Assembly: GCA_964544225.1 (NCBI GenBank)
Contig: CAZIZK010000003.1
Location: forward strand, 8,419-72,418
Reading direction: 5' to 3'
From: an uncultured Candidatus Saccharibacteria bacterium
GTDB taxonomy: Bacteria > Patescibacteriota > Minisyncoccia > Phycocordibacterales > UBA9973
Length of the DNA stretch: 64,000 nt
Positions 58,301 to 64,000 of the stretch are shown here, piece by piece. Position 1 is the first letter of the stretch. Each line of letters opens with the position of its first letter. Made by a program: the position numbers and the translations under genes. The notes beneath the pieces were generated by a model. That model made no database searches, was not told the origin of the DNA, and was given only the letters and a program-made list of their open reading frames with translations.

Positions 58301-61074
58301 CCCTCGCGAAAAGAGTACGATGTTCCACTTAACACACCAGTGGATCCTGTAATAGTTCCTGTTTGTAAAATTACCGCACCTACACTATCAGTAAAAGTAG
58401 CAATATCGAGTGTTCCACCATTGACCGTCACATTACCAGAAGATATAGCATTACTTATAGAATAAAGTAGTGTTCCTTGGTTTACAGAAGTAAGCCCTGT
58501 ATAGTTTTTCGCAGAAGAAAATTCCAAAGTACCTGCACCACTTTTAGTAAGACCAGTAGACCCTGTGATATTTGAAGAGATTGTTAGATTTACTGGATTT
58601 AATACATGCAATTCCACAGCACCACCTGCAATTGTAGTGTTGGCCCCAGCAATAGTGTTACTGGAAACTAAGTTCAATATATTACCTGAGGTAAGTGTGA
58701 TAGTTTGTGATGTTCCTGCATCAGTTATATCGGCTGAGCCACTTAGTATAAGTGAGTTAATAGAAGATGTAGCTGCTACTGTAGTGGTTGATAGTTTTAC
58801 ATTGGCATTGGTTGCCAATGTAAATGCATATTCACCGGAGAACCCAGCCCCATTTAGTAGGCGCAAACCATTACTATTACCCACACCATATGTAACCATA
58901 TCAGTACCAGTGCCACTTGTCGAATCATCACCAAATGCTCCGGCAATGATACTAATAGTTGTAGAGTTCGCAAGGCCAGCACTACCTGTCAAAGTTGGGG
59001 CTGTTTTGAACAATAAAGTCGAAACATTGGCAGCAGGAGTTGAGCCAAATGAATTACCTCGGAATAGTATGGATGAGCCCGCCGTTCGCGTGAGTGACGC
59101 GAACTGCATCGTCGTGGACCCTCCCGACCCGGGGTCAATAGTTATAATATTATTACCTGATTGCGTGGCTATACCAGATGTTAGTACACCCGCACTTTCG
59201 TCCATATCTGCCGAGCTTGAACCTATCATTTCAAATTCACCACCGTTCATTGTCAGTGCCAATGAATCAGCCAGGCGGTCAACTACAGTTGATGAGCTAC
59301 TATTATCTAGTGTCAGTTTACCACCCGAGCTTATAGTCATAGTAGTTGAAAGAGGCATTGCCCCACTACCACTGAGCACCAAATTACCATAGTTAATATT
59401 TGTCGCGCCGGTAAAGTTATTGAAGGCTTGTAGAGTTAGTGTACCAGCATCCTGCTTGGTCAACGTTGCACTTGTACCATATATAGGTGCATCCGAGGCA
59501 AAAGTAGTATTACCCAAACCACCAATAGTAAGGCCGAATGTGACTGCTGAAATACCTTTGTCATCAATAGTAAGTGTAGTACCAGTATCTGCCTCTATCA
59601 TGGCTGCCGCACCCATTGTGAGCAAGCCTGTCAAAGTATTACTACCGGTAGTATTATGAATAGCAGCACTGTATAAATGCCCTGTTCCAGAAAATGTAAT
59701 ATATTCAGGGATTGAAAGACCTGTTCCGTCTATCTGCAGTGTTGCACCAGCAGATACAGTAGTAATACCATCGATCAAACCTAAAGAAAGACTATCTTGA
59801 ATTTTAAGTATACCAGCAGTTACTGTCGTAGCACCGGTGTACTGGTTTGGCCTTGTTAGTGTCACTGTACCTGTTGTACTTTTTGCCAATGTTCCAGCTT
59901 GACCTGCAATAATTGCACTGATTGTGCCTTGGTAAACTACCCATGATCCACTACTAAGCATTCCAGTAGATCCGGTAATTGTTCCCGAAGCTAAATCAAG
60001 GGTACCAAGTGTCACAGTACCCACCATGTCTGAATATGTTGCAATGTCCAGTGTCCCCCCTGTAACAAACACAGTTCCTGATAAAATTGCATTATCTGTT
60101 CCATAAAGAAGTGTTCCAGCATTTATAGTTGTAGCGCCTGTATAAGTATTTGGGAAATTATATGTCAGTGTACCTGCACCATTTTTCGTAACAGTACTAA
60201 CAGCTGTAGCAATAGGTGCTGTTGAGTATGTAACATTCCCCGCACCATCTATCACCAATGGGAATGCCCCAGCCATACCACCTTTTAATGTTAGTGTTCC
60301 AGAGTCTGACGCTATTTCGGTACCACCACCCGATGATAGGGTGATGAGTCCACCATAACTATTACTACCACTAATATTGCGAAGTGCGCCACCTCCAGAA
60401 ACACCGTACCCGCGCAGTGCCAATGCTTCATAACTAATATTTATATCTCCTTGCAGTTCCAATGCTGCACCACCGACAACTTCCGTACCTGCCAAGTATG
60501 TTCCAAGAGATCTATTGTTTCTTGCATTAACAACACCCACATTTATTTTTAAAATTCCACCAAAAGTATTGGCACCAGATAATATCAAAGTTCCAGTTCC
60601 TTCTTTGTTGATACCGCCCACACCAGCAATACGCCCACTGATAGTTAGACTCTCGGCAGTATTAGTAACAAAAATATCTCGAGTTGCATCGAGGCGAATA
60701 TCCAGTGCAATAGTGTTACCACCAGAAGAAGAACTATCTGTAATACCAGCAAGTCCTGCACCAAGGATTAATGGATTTCCAGAAAGGGTGTAACCACTAG
60801 CAGAGATAGTAATCGAATTGATAATTGTATTTTCAGTAAGATCATTTGTGTTGGAAAGATTTGATGCAGTGCCAGGAAATAATAAATCATCCCCCGTAAC
60901 AGGAGCAACACCACCTGACCAGTTAGAACCCACTGACCATGCACCACTTGTTGTACCTGTCCAAGTCCTTGTTGCAGCATATGCATCATGAAGATTAAAA
61001 ACAAAGAAAGAAAAACAAGCAATAGAAAAAATTGCTAATAATTTAATTATTTTATTGATTTGATTTTTAATCAT
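49378..61074 (-). CDS. Giant (3898 aa) secreted adhesin-like protein: autotransporter-associated beta-strand repeats plus a BNR/Asp-box propeller, no beta-barrel
   Basis: Signal peptide (..HDAYA|ATRTW). Dozens of K.G.GTL.LSG.NT(Y/F)TG.T.I..GTL repeats. Asp boxes STNYGLTW, SDDGGATW, STDYGVTW, STDDGANW, STDSGANW, SDDAGVTW. Gly-rich linker and hydrophobic C-terminal tail. Confidence 0.88.
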   Translation of the reverse strand: MIKNQINKIIKLLAIFSIACFSFFVFNLHDAYAATRTWTGTTSGAWSVGSNWSGGVAPVTGDDLLFPGTASNLSNTNDLTENTIINSITISASGYTLSGNPLILGAGLAGITDSSSSGGNTIALDIRLDATRDIFVTNTAESLTISGRIAGVGGINKEGTGTLILSGANTFGGILKINVGVVNARNNRSLGTYLAGTEVVGGAALELQGDINISYEALALRGYGVSGGGALRNISGSNSYGGLITLSSGGGTEIASDSGTLTLKGGMAGAFPLVIDGAGNVTYSTAPIATAVSTVTKNGAGTLTYNFPNTYTGATTINAGTLLYGTDNAILSGTVFVTGGTLDIATYSDMVGTVTLGTLDLASGTITGSTGMLSSGSWVVYQGTISAIIAGQAGTLAKSTTGTVTLTRPNQYTGATTVTAGILKIQDSLSLGLIDGITTVSAGATLQIDGTGLSIPEYITFSGTGHLYSAAIHNTTGSNTLTGLLTMGAAAMIEADTGTTLTIDDKGISAVTFGLTIGGLGNTTFASDAPIYGTSATLTKQDAGTLTLQAFNNFTGATNINYGNLVLSGSGAMPLSTTMTISSGGKLTLDNSSSSTVVDRLADSLALTMNGGEFEMIGSSSADMDESAGVLTSGIATQSGNNIITIDPGSGGSTTMQFASLTRTAGSSILFRGNSFGSTPAANVSTLLFKTAPTLTGSAGLANSTTISIIAGAFGDDSTSGTGTDMVTYGVGNSNGLRLLNGAGFSGEYAFTLATNANVKLSTTTVAATSSINSLILSGSADITDAGTSQTITLTSGNILNLVSSNTIAGANTTIAGGAVELHVLNPVNLTISSNITGSTGLTKSGAGTLEFSSAKNYTGLTSVNQGTLLYSISNAISSGNVTVNGGTLDIATFTDSVGAVILQTGTITGSTGVLSGTSYSFREGTVSAIINGTGVALTRIATNTAPDSVVTLTRDNTYTGTTTITSGILKLGAAGGGTNTPLGIAGAGSETLIASGGALDLNGFTLGTAEAISSLAGTGYGASGSSNMGAIMNSSATPVSYSGALTLTAAARINADYGALTISGNASGNFALTFGGFSNLEYSGVRSGTSTIVKDGIGVLTLSNGNSSYTGATTISVGTVKIGAIAVGSNSPLGTTGGATSIATGSRLDLNGFSLGIAEPITNLNGVGYGLGDFASGAIINSSASAVTFTGLITLGAASTIKADNGDINLTAAGTISGAGFALTLGGTGTGTLSSIVGNTTGGVVKIGTGTWTLSGVSTYTGATAINLGTFKFGVSDAAGGGPLGVVTGATTVYSGAVLDLVTFSSSALAEPLTINGFGIDGGGAMISSNAAGATYLGTRALATDSRTTNNGAGTLTLSGIQSGAFESRYGGSGNITISAAIAATASSLYKDGSGTLNLTAANGHTGTTTVYAGTIAAGILNALSSGALVVKGGTYSMSTFSDTVGAVTLIGGSITSSSGVLTGTAYTMESGTVSAILAGAVAVTKNTNNTVTLTGVNTISSTTTINAGTLTISGSGSATATTITVNLGGTLTLDNSTTAVASRLGDALALTMNGGNFNFIGNSAAGSSETTGALTLSTGHNTVTVTPGTGGSTVMTFASLSRTAGATVLFRGTSLGTASAANISTLVFTATPTLTGAGGASSSTTVSVIKGAFGDTSLSGTGSDMVTYQGGTGLRLLNGAGFSGEYSTTLTTNTNVKLTADVAASTVSINSLILNGYGITNASATITLASASLSGNILMNSATNIAGANTTIGFGALELPVLSTNTSTISAILDTAAAGTLTLSGSGNVTLSASNAYTGTTFINGATLFAGASNVISSGGVTIVGGTYNLNGNSDTVGSISINAGTIATGAGTLTGNGTFTTVANNNVASIITGNLGLGANATFTIGDGLMDNDAFASAIISGGFTFAKAGAGAFMLSGNNTYSGATTISAGTLRLGAAGGGTNTPLGTTAGGTTVSGATAALDLNGYTLGTTEGLTLSGASLATGGLQNTSSTNVSYSGQIVLTTGAGTIIANYGDINITATGNMTGNTFGLTIGGAGNGTFASQLNTTSGTLTKNGVGVWTISGASSTFTGATTVSAGTLKLGAAGNGTNTPLGTNAGGISITSGAVFDLNGFTLGTAEALAINGTGIASIGAFINSSNNSISYSGVITPGATSRLANHGTGLFTLSGNIVGSTRAITFVTVGNITQSSSSVWSGTSTSLVKEGSGTLILAGQNSFTTGTVTVSTGVLQLGASGGATNTPLGTSGAGTTVSAGAVLDLSTYNLGGASTYETLAISGTGIKNGGALISSAASGTTNFGAVTVSANSIVTNSGAGTIAFTGAVGAAASINLWINGSGPTTISGVYGAATSATLTKDGAGTLTISAVATNTGLVRINGGTLAYGITDALATNAVTVAGGTWDLKGYSEGGTTIIGAVTLISGSIVNTGGAATITSSATYTVESGTISAVLAGAAIAMAKNTGGTVTLSAANTFAGTTTINAGTLAWGINNALSSGALTVTGGTADIATFTDTVGAVTLTSGSIIGSSGVLTGTSYPFASGTVSAILGGAIAVAKTTAGTVTMSGTNTYTGTTTITAGVLRATKSRALGDESANNTLIFNGGTLQAGGDISSPSGRAVTLTSAGTFDTNDYTITVAGTMGSASGLVKYGTGTLSTTGVVTLGSTMTINNGTYDQGNNLTSGAVTVATSGVWQNIGTGSVTLSSTVTNSGTITLNSGNGAFCVDGANSILVRSSVNNTTRAWSSGATGTGTFNLHNLDVDDMTGASVTVYNSTLSGDTTWTAANCISVSGTANGNDTATVKVAVNGTLGVSTGTISSSAWTVSVPATTNDIITTWVDNVADNLESTAITKYAGSGNITGMVLNTNVLTIGSNQNNSVSVTNMGQYEATDDEDVMHTSVTGALLVQGGSNSYTGETLSVLASNTLTVDSGSTESITTELLSNAGTITATGTPTINLSGTSGTLFTNSGVFTAASSTVDLTGNGSATVNSGTPTFYNLTSSGTGTKTLGANTTVTNITTISNGTLDTSFSNNYSLTTGKLVISGGTLTANNSTINLTASQGTLFTKSSGTFNSDTSTVNITNQSDQLSWVLSNYTQDVYSKIAVSANGARMIAGNASNGGMYYSTNYGLTWTQSNLTSGNASDAAMSADGLRAAVAVGTTIYTSDDGGATWTSRQTVSGVSGIAMSADGKKLAAVTWTVSNKVYVSTDYGVTWAASGSITSTSWNHISVSGDGTTMLASISNGQLYVSTDDGANWTPRGSSLNWKGVDTSYDGTKMVAGVYGGYIYTSTDSGANWSTNSNSSGSRNWFAVDSSADGQRLIATEYAGGGGANTQIYTSDDAGVTWVSQTDSDVSAAARYNSNGSSAGGLFAEGISTGTGYIRVTEPTTLASGTPSFYNLTLASGAYQNRLGEALTVTNNLTLTGGGLDTNAVSNYAISANKIILDGGTLSANASTISIAGTSGTLVTRSGNGYLDAGTSTVNLTGNGDATINSGSPVFYNLTSSGTGTKTLGAGITLATSGTLSVTAGTFNPATYLVTGTGTNTLSVGASGTIAVGASTFAGSYDSGFTTKTLNATSTVNYNLAGTQTIDQTLSYGNLTISTSGTKTLGGATTAVGTTTISGGTLDTSSGSSYTLNSGAISITGGTFLPNSSTINLSGAGTVFNYSSGTYTRTGETINLTDSSASSKTFAGGGQTFYNVVFAGTGTGDFIISGSNTFNKFSVINPPHTVKFTASSTQTVKEWDVKGTSDSLITLNSTSNGTDWNLYLAPTTAGYGAYTSEFISLRDSAASGNSNFISIHAGPGSVDDTTGGSTNTGWTFTFRSYGGGGGGVESSATPDADVGGGGQGGGGGGSEGSGNPDNPNSGGDQGGGGGGDIGFMLWKFTPSYIPRFFALASAFKSFF

Positions 61075-61231
61075 TTATACAACAACAGGACACAACAACA
61101 TTTATATATACATATTATATCGCATGGTAAAAGTAGTGTAAATCTAAAATAATCATTAAAACACATATAATTTCAGGCTAAATAATAGTGCTTTAGAAAC
61201 CAAATTCATATATAATATGTGTAGATAATAT

Positions 61232-62023
61232 ATGGCAAAGATAAAGCAAAAAGTTAATATTACAAACGCTGAGGAGGCTAAAATTCGTCGAGTTTGGAGT
61301 AACGAGAGGGATCGATGGTACTTCTCTATAACAGATGTTATGGGTGTATTGACCAACAGTGTAGATGCTCGCAACTATTGGAAGGCTCTAAAAAGTCGTT
61401 TAAAGACAAATCATAATCAGTTGGTTACTGATTGTAACCAACTGAAGATGGAAGCCAACGATGGCAAGTCGTACCTAGTAGATACAGCAGATTCAGATAC
61501 AATAATAAAAATTATACAGATAATAGCACCATATAATACCCCTGCTTTTAGAGCCTGGTTCGACCATATTGAGGTGGTAAATTCCATAAAAATAGACCAG
61601 GAAAATACAACGAGCTCTGATATTATAAAAGAAGAAGGATTTACTTCAGAAACAGGTGCAGATGAGTTATCCACAACTTTGGAACCAAGTATCGATATTT
61701 ATGAAAATCACAACAATATTATCGTTCAGGTCATGCTCGCTGGTGTATCCCCCGACAAGATAATCATTGCAGTAAATATGCACACGCTGACTATAAAAGG
61801 TGAGCGTCTTCGCCCAATAAATCTTTCAAGTAAAAATATAAACGTAGAATATTTATACAATGAACTTCAGTGGGGTCATTTCTATCGTGAGATAAATTTT
61901 GATACACTTATCGACGTTGACCAAGTTGAAGCAACAACACAAAGAGGTCTACTAAATATAAAGTTGCCTAAAATAGATCAAGATAAAAACAGGTTCATAA
62001 AAATAAAATCACTTGGTGAGTAA
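61232..62023 (+). CDS. Bro-N-like DNA-binding domain fused to an Hsp20/alpha-crystallin domain
   Basis: N-terminal KIRRVW...WYFSITDV..VLT...ARNYWK.LK.RL..QLKM.A.DGK.Y..D.A..FRAW. C-terminal IDIYE..IIVQV.LAGV..I.I..LTIKGER..E..WG.FYREI..VEA....GLLNIKLPK. Confidence 0.8.
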   Translation: MAKIKQKVNITNAEEAKIRRVWSNERDRWYFSITDVMGVLTNSVDARNYWKALKSRLKTNHNQLVTDCNQLKMEANDGKSYLVDTADSDTIIKIIQIIAPYNTPAFRAWFDHIEVVNSIKIDQENTTSSDIIKEEGFTSETGADELSTTLEPSIDIYENHNNIIVQVMLAGVSPDKIIIAVNMHTLTIKGERLRPINLSSKNINVEYLYNELQWGHFYREINFDTLIDVDQVEATTQRGLLNIKLPKIDQDKNRFIKIKSLGE

Positions 62024-62040
62024 CCAAGTGATTTTATTTT
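62000..62040. terminator. Bidirectional terminator
   Basis: AAAATAAAATCACTTGGT-gagta-ACCAAGTGATTTTATTTT between convergent genes. Confidence 0.8.
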
Positions 62041-62049
62041 TACTATTTT

Positions 62050-63003
62050 TTATTTACTTACAGCATACGCACGTTCCGATATTTCTTTCATCAACCCTAC
62101 AGCCCAATTCCTTGTTTCCAGACTACTATCTTTACCTTTGATAATTACGGTCAACATATATGGCTTATCATTTACATACACGATACCTGAGTCGGCAAAA
62201 ATATTGTATTGCACATTCTCGCCATATTTATGGGCAAACTTTACACCACTTGGTATACCTTGGGAAAGATAGTCTTTGAACACAGCTTGCGACATTAGTT
62301 CCAATATCTTTTCGGAATTTTCTGGTTCTAGATAATTCGAAGTATATAATACTCGCAATATGCGAGTATACTCCTTCGCAGATATAAAACCTTTTTCATT
62401 GTACAAATCTTCAAGCCCAGTTGCCTGTTGGAAAGAAATATAATCTGGGATATCTAATTGACGCCTAAAAATATTTTGAGCTGTATTGTCAGAATTTAAT
62501 AACAATTCTTCCAATAGATACTCGACTGTCAATTTGCGAGATCCTATACTTTTATATAATTCTCCAGAATCAGATGATACATCGGCCTCGGTAGCTTTTA
62601 ACTCTTGATCCCATTTTAACTTACCATCCTCTACCTTTTTAACTATCAGGATTGCTTGTACAAGCTTTGACAATGACGCCGGGAATAGGCGCAAATCCTT
62701 ACCAACAGATATGTTGGAGCCTGTATTGATATTTTCATAATATATAGATACATTGTCAGGGTACTTCTCTTCTAAATCATGCAAATAGACTCGCAAATCC
62801 TGAATGTTAGTAACATATGCATCTTTTGGCATAAGTTCACGCATTGGGTCTAGTAATTCATATTGCGACTTTGGCACGCTATTACTACACATAGAAATAA
62901 CCAAGACTGTTAGAATAATACAAGTAAACACAGCAAGAATCCGAAGGAATCTCTTTTGTGACTTTATCTTTTTATTTGTGACATTATTTATATTGTTCGA
63001 CAT
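62050..63003 (-). CDS. Membrane-anchored class A beta-lactamase-like serine hydrolase (PBP superfamily)
   Basis: FPASLSK (SxxK), SDNTA (SDN), AHKYG (KTG-like), DSGIVY; N-terminal TM. Confidence 0.85.
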   Translation of the reverse strand: MSNNINNVTNKKIKSQKRFLRILAVFTCIILTVLVISMCSNSVPKSQYELLDPMRELMPKDAYVTNIQDLRVYLHDLEEKYPDNVSIYYENINTGSNISVGKDLRLFPASLSKLVQAILIVKKVEDGKLKWDQELKATEADVSSDSGELYKSIGSRKLTVEYLLEELLLNSDNTAQNIFRRQLDIPDYISFQQATGLEDLYNEKGFISAKEYTRILRVLYTSNYLEPENSEKILELMSQAVFKDYLSQGIPSGVKFAHKYGENVQYNIFADSGIVYVNDKPYMLTVIIKGKDSSLETRNWAVGLMKEISERAYAVSK

Positions 63004-63032
63004 ATAATTTTATATAATTGATAATCTTATAA

Positions 63033-64000
63033 CTATTCATTTGGGGTAGGTTCAGGGGCTTGATCTTGTGCAGGTTCTGAGCTTTGGTTTGTTAGTGTAC
63101 TGTCACCTTCTGTAGATGGGACTTCCTCTATTATCAATTCGTCTTGTGTTGGAATGTTGGTATTATCACCTGTGCCTGATTCTATAGGTGTATCTGTTAC
63201 TGGATCTGTGTTTGGTGCCGGTTCTGTATCAGGAGTTGGAGTTGGATTTGGATTTGGATTTGGATTTGGCTCTGGAGTCACTTCTGGTGTAGGTGTAGGA
63301 GTAGGAGTTGGAGTTGGAGTTGGACTCTCTATTGTAAGCCCTGGTATCACACTCTCGAATACTTTTGCATCTTTGACAGCAAGTGCTGTCCATGAGAAGC
63401 GGATATCTCGTGTAGCGTTCTTGTTCAATATGATAGTGAATCCATTCTGACTCTTGTTTATAACAAGTGACTTGATATCGTCTGCAAAGATCTGATCGGC
63501 GTCTTGGTCTGTTATATTGTCCCCTGTTTCAAATGATATTGTTGTGTTCACCACTGGTGTTGCTATGTATGGTGTGTCGAATGTTACCTCGACTTTCTTT
63601 GATCCTTGTTTTACTACAGCAAAGCCTGCTGTGTCCTTGTTGAACACAGGTGGTGTATTGAACTCGACATCCCCACCAAATACTGCACCTGCACTGAATT
63701 GTGCTTTGTTGTTGAAGAATGTTAGGCCGTTGAATGTAGAGTCCCCTGTGGCTTCCAAGCTTGTAGTTTGTACACTTGATAACCCTGCCCATGCATTTGC
63801 TTGTAACAATGCCTCTGCTGTAGACAACCTATCACCGAGGTTGGTATTTGTATTATTTATATCAGATATTTGTGTATTCATATCAGCAACATTGCTCTGT
63901 AATGCCTGGATACTAGTATTTACAGTGTCCATAACTAGCTTCATGTTTGCCTCATTTTCCTCTACTTTGGTAGCATCCGTACTGATAGATGTATTTACGG
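63033..64000 (-). CDS. C-terminal part of a large surface/fibre-like protein with a Pro-Thr/Pro-Asn tail (runs off window end)
   Basis: The frame stays open from 63944 to 63998 (VNTSISTDATKVEENEANM). Coiled coil, beta domain (DTAGFAVV..V.VTF..PY..PVV..FSWTALA), and PTPTPT/PNPNPN repeats. Confidence 0.8.
   Translation of the reverse strand, partial: VNTSISTDATKVEENEANMKLVMDTVNTSIQALQSNVADMNTQISDINNTNTNLGDRLSTAEALLQANAWAGLSSVQTTSLEATGDSTFNGLTFFNNKAQFSAGAVFGGDVEFNTPPVFNKDTAGFAVVKQGSKKVEVTFDTPYIATPVVNTTISFETGDNITDQDADQIFADDIKSLVINKSQNGFTIILNKNATRDIRFSWTALAVKDAKVFESVIPGLTIESPTPTPTPTPTPTPEVTPEPNPNPNPNPTPTPDTEPAPNTDPVTDTPIESGTGDNTNIPTQDELIIEEVPSTEGDSTLTNQSSEPAQDQAPEPTPNE

Noticed and set aside
50326-60793. 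Many + strand ORFs (Val/Pro-rich) within the giant gene
   Set aside because: They are antisense shadows of the Gly/Thr-rich repetitive coding strand, with no independent signals.
49378-61074. Classical type Va autotransporter
   Set aside because: No ~300-aa C-terminal beta-barrel is visible.
61667-61675. Perfect DnaA box TTATCCACA
   Set aside because: It is a single copy inside a CDS, with no box cluster or unwinding element, so it does not indicate oriC.
61075-62023. Prophage (from Bro-N) or CIRCE-controlled heat-shock gene
   Set aside because: There are no neighbouring phage genes, and no TTAGCACTC-N9-GAGTGCTAA upstream.
62050-63003. Bona fide antibiotic-resistance beta-lactamase
   Set aside because: It is membrane-anchored and the omega-loop region is shortened with no clear ExxLN motif. 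It is more likely a PBP-like cell-wall serine hydrolase.
63220-63325. GGAGTT/GGATTT hexamer tandem repeats
   Set aside because: They are explained by the Pro-Thr/Pro-Asn linker of the CDS on the minus strand.

Overview
This is a chromosomal window of a small-genome bacterium, most likely Patescibacteria/CPR (Parcubacteria-like). The assignment is inferred from compact RpoB/RpoC, a ProRS without an editing domain, a 756-aa SMC with no hinge, and cohesin-domain surface proteins. Positions 1-43.5 kb are mostly housekeeping genes: ddl, uvrCAB, tgt, mreCB, proS, rpsB-tsf, tRNA-Thr, rpoB-rpoC-dnaG-rpoD, trmD-khpA-rpsP, rnr, smc-rnc-nusB-rpmF, thrS, a Ham1 pyrophosphatase and gyrB. Single orphan genes with their own promoters are scattered among them. 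Positions 43.5-64 kb form a cell-surface region: three membrane-anchored cohesin-like proteins, a secreted FN3/dockerin protein, a 3898-aa beta-helical repeat adhesin with no beta-barrel, a Bro-N/Hsp20 fusion and a class A beta-lactamase-like protein. The most notable observations are four. (1) A Val-like tRNA body has its anticodon loop replaced by a ~100-nt structured insert. (2) A family of multi-hairpin palindromic elements has one copy in an intergenic region and one in-frame inside uvrC. (3) There is a cohesin-dockerin surface-assembly operon with no recognisable cellulases. (4) Many genes have a -10 box only 6-8 nt before the start codon, suggesting leaderless mRNAs. No CRISPR array, rRNA, integrase or transposase was seen. 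All domain calls are by eye, with no database searches.
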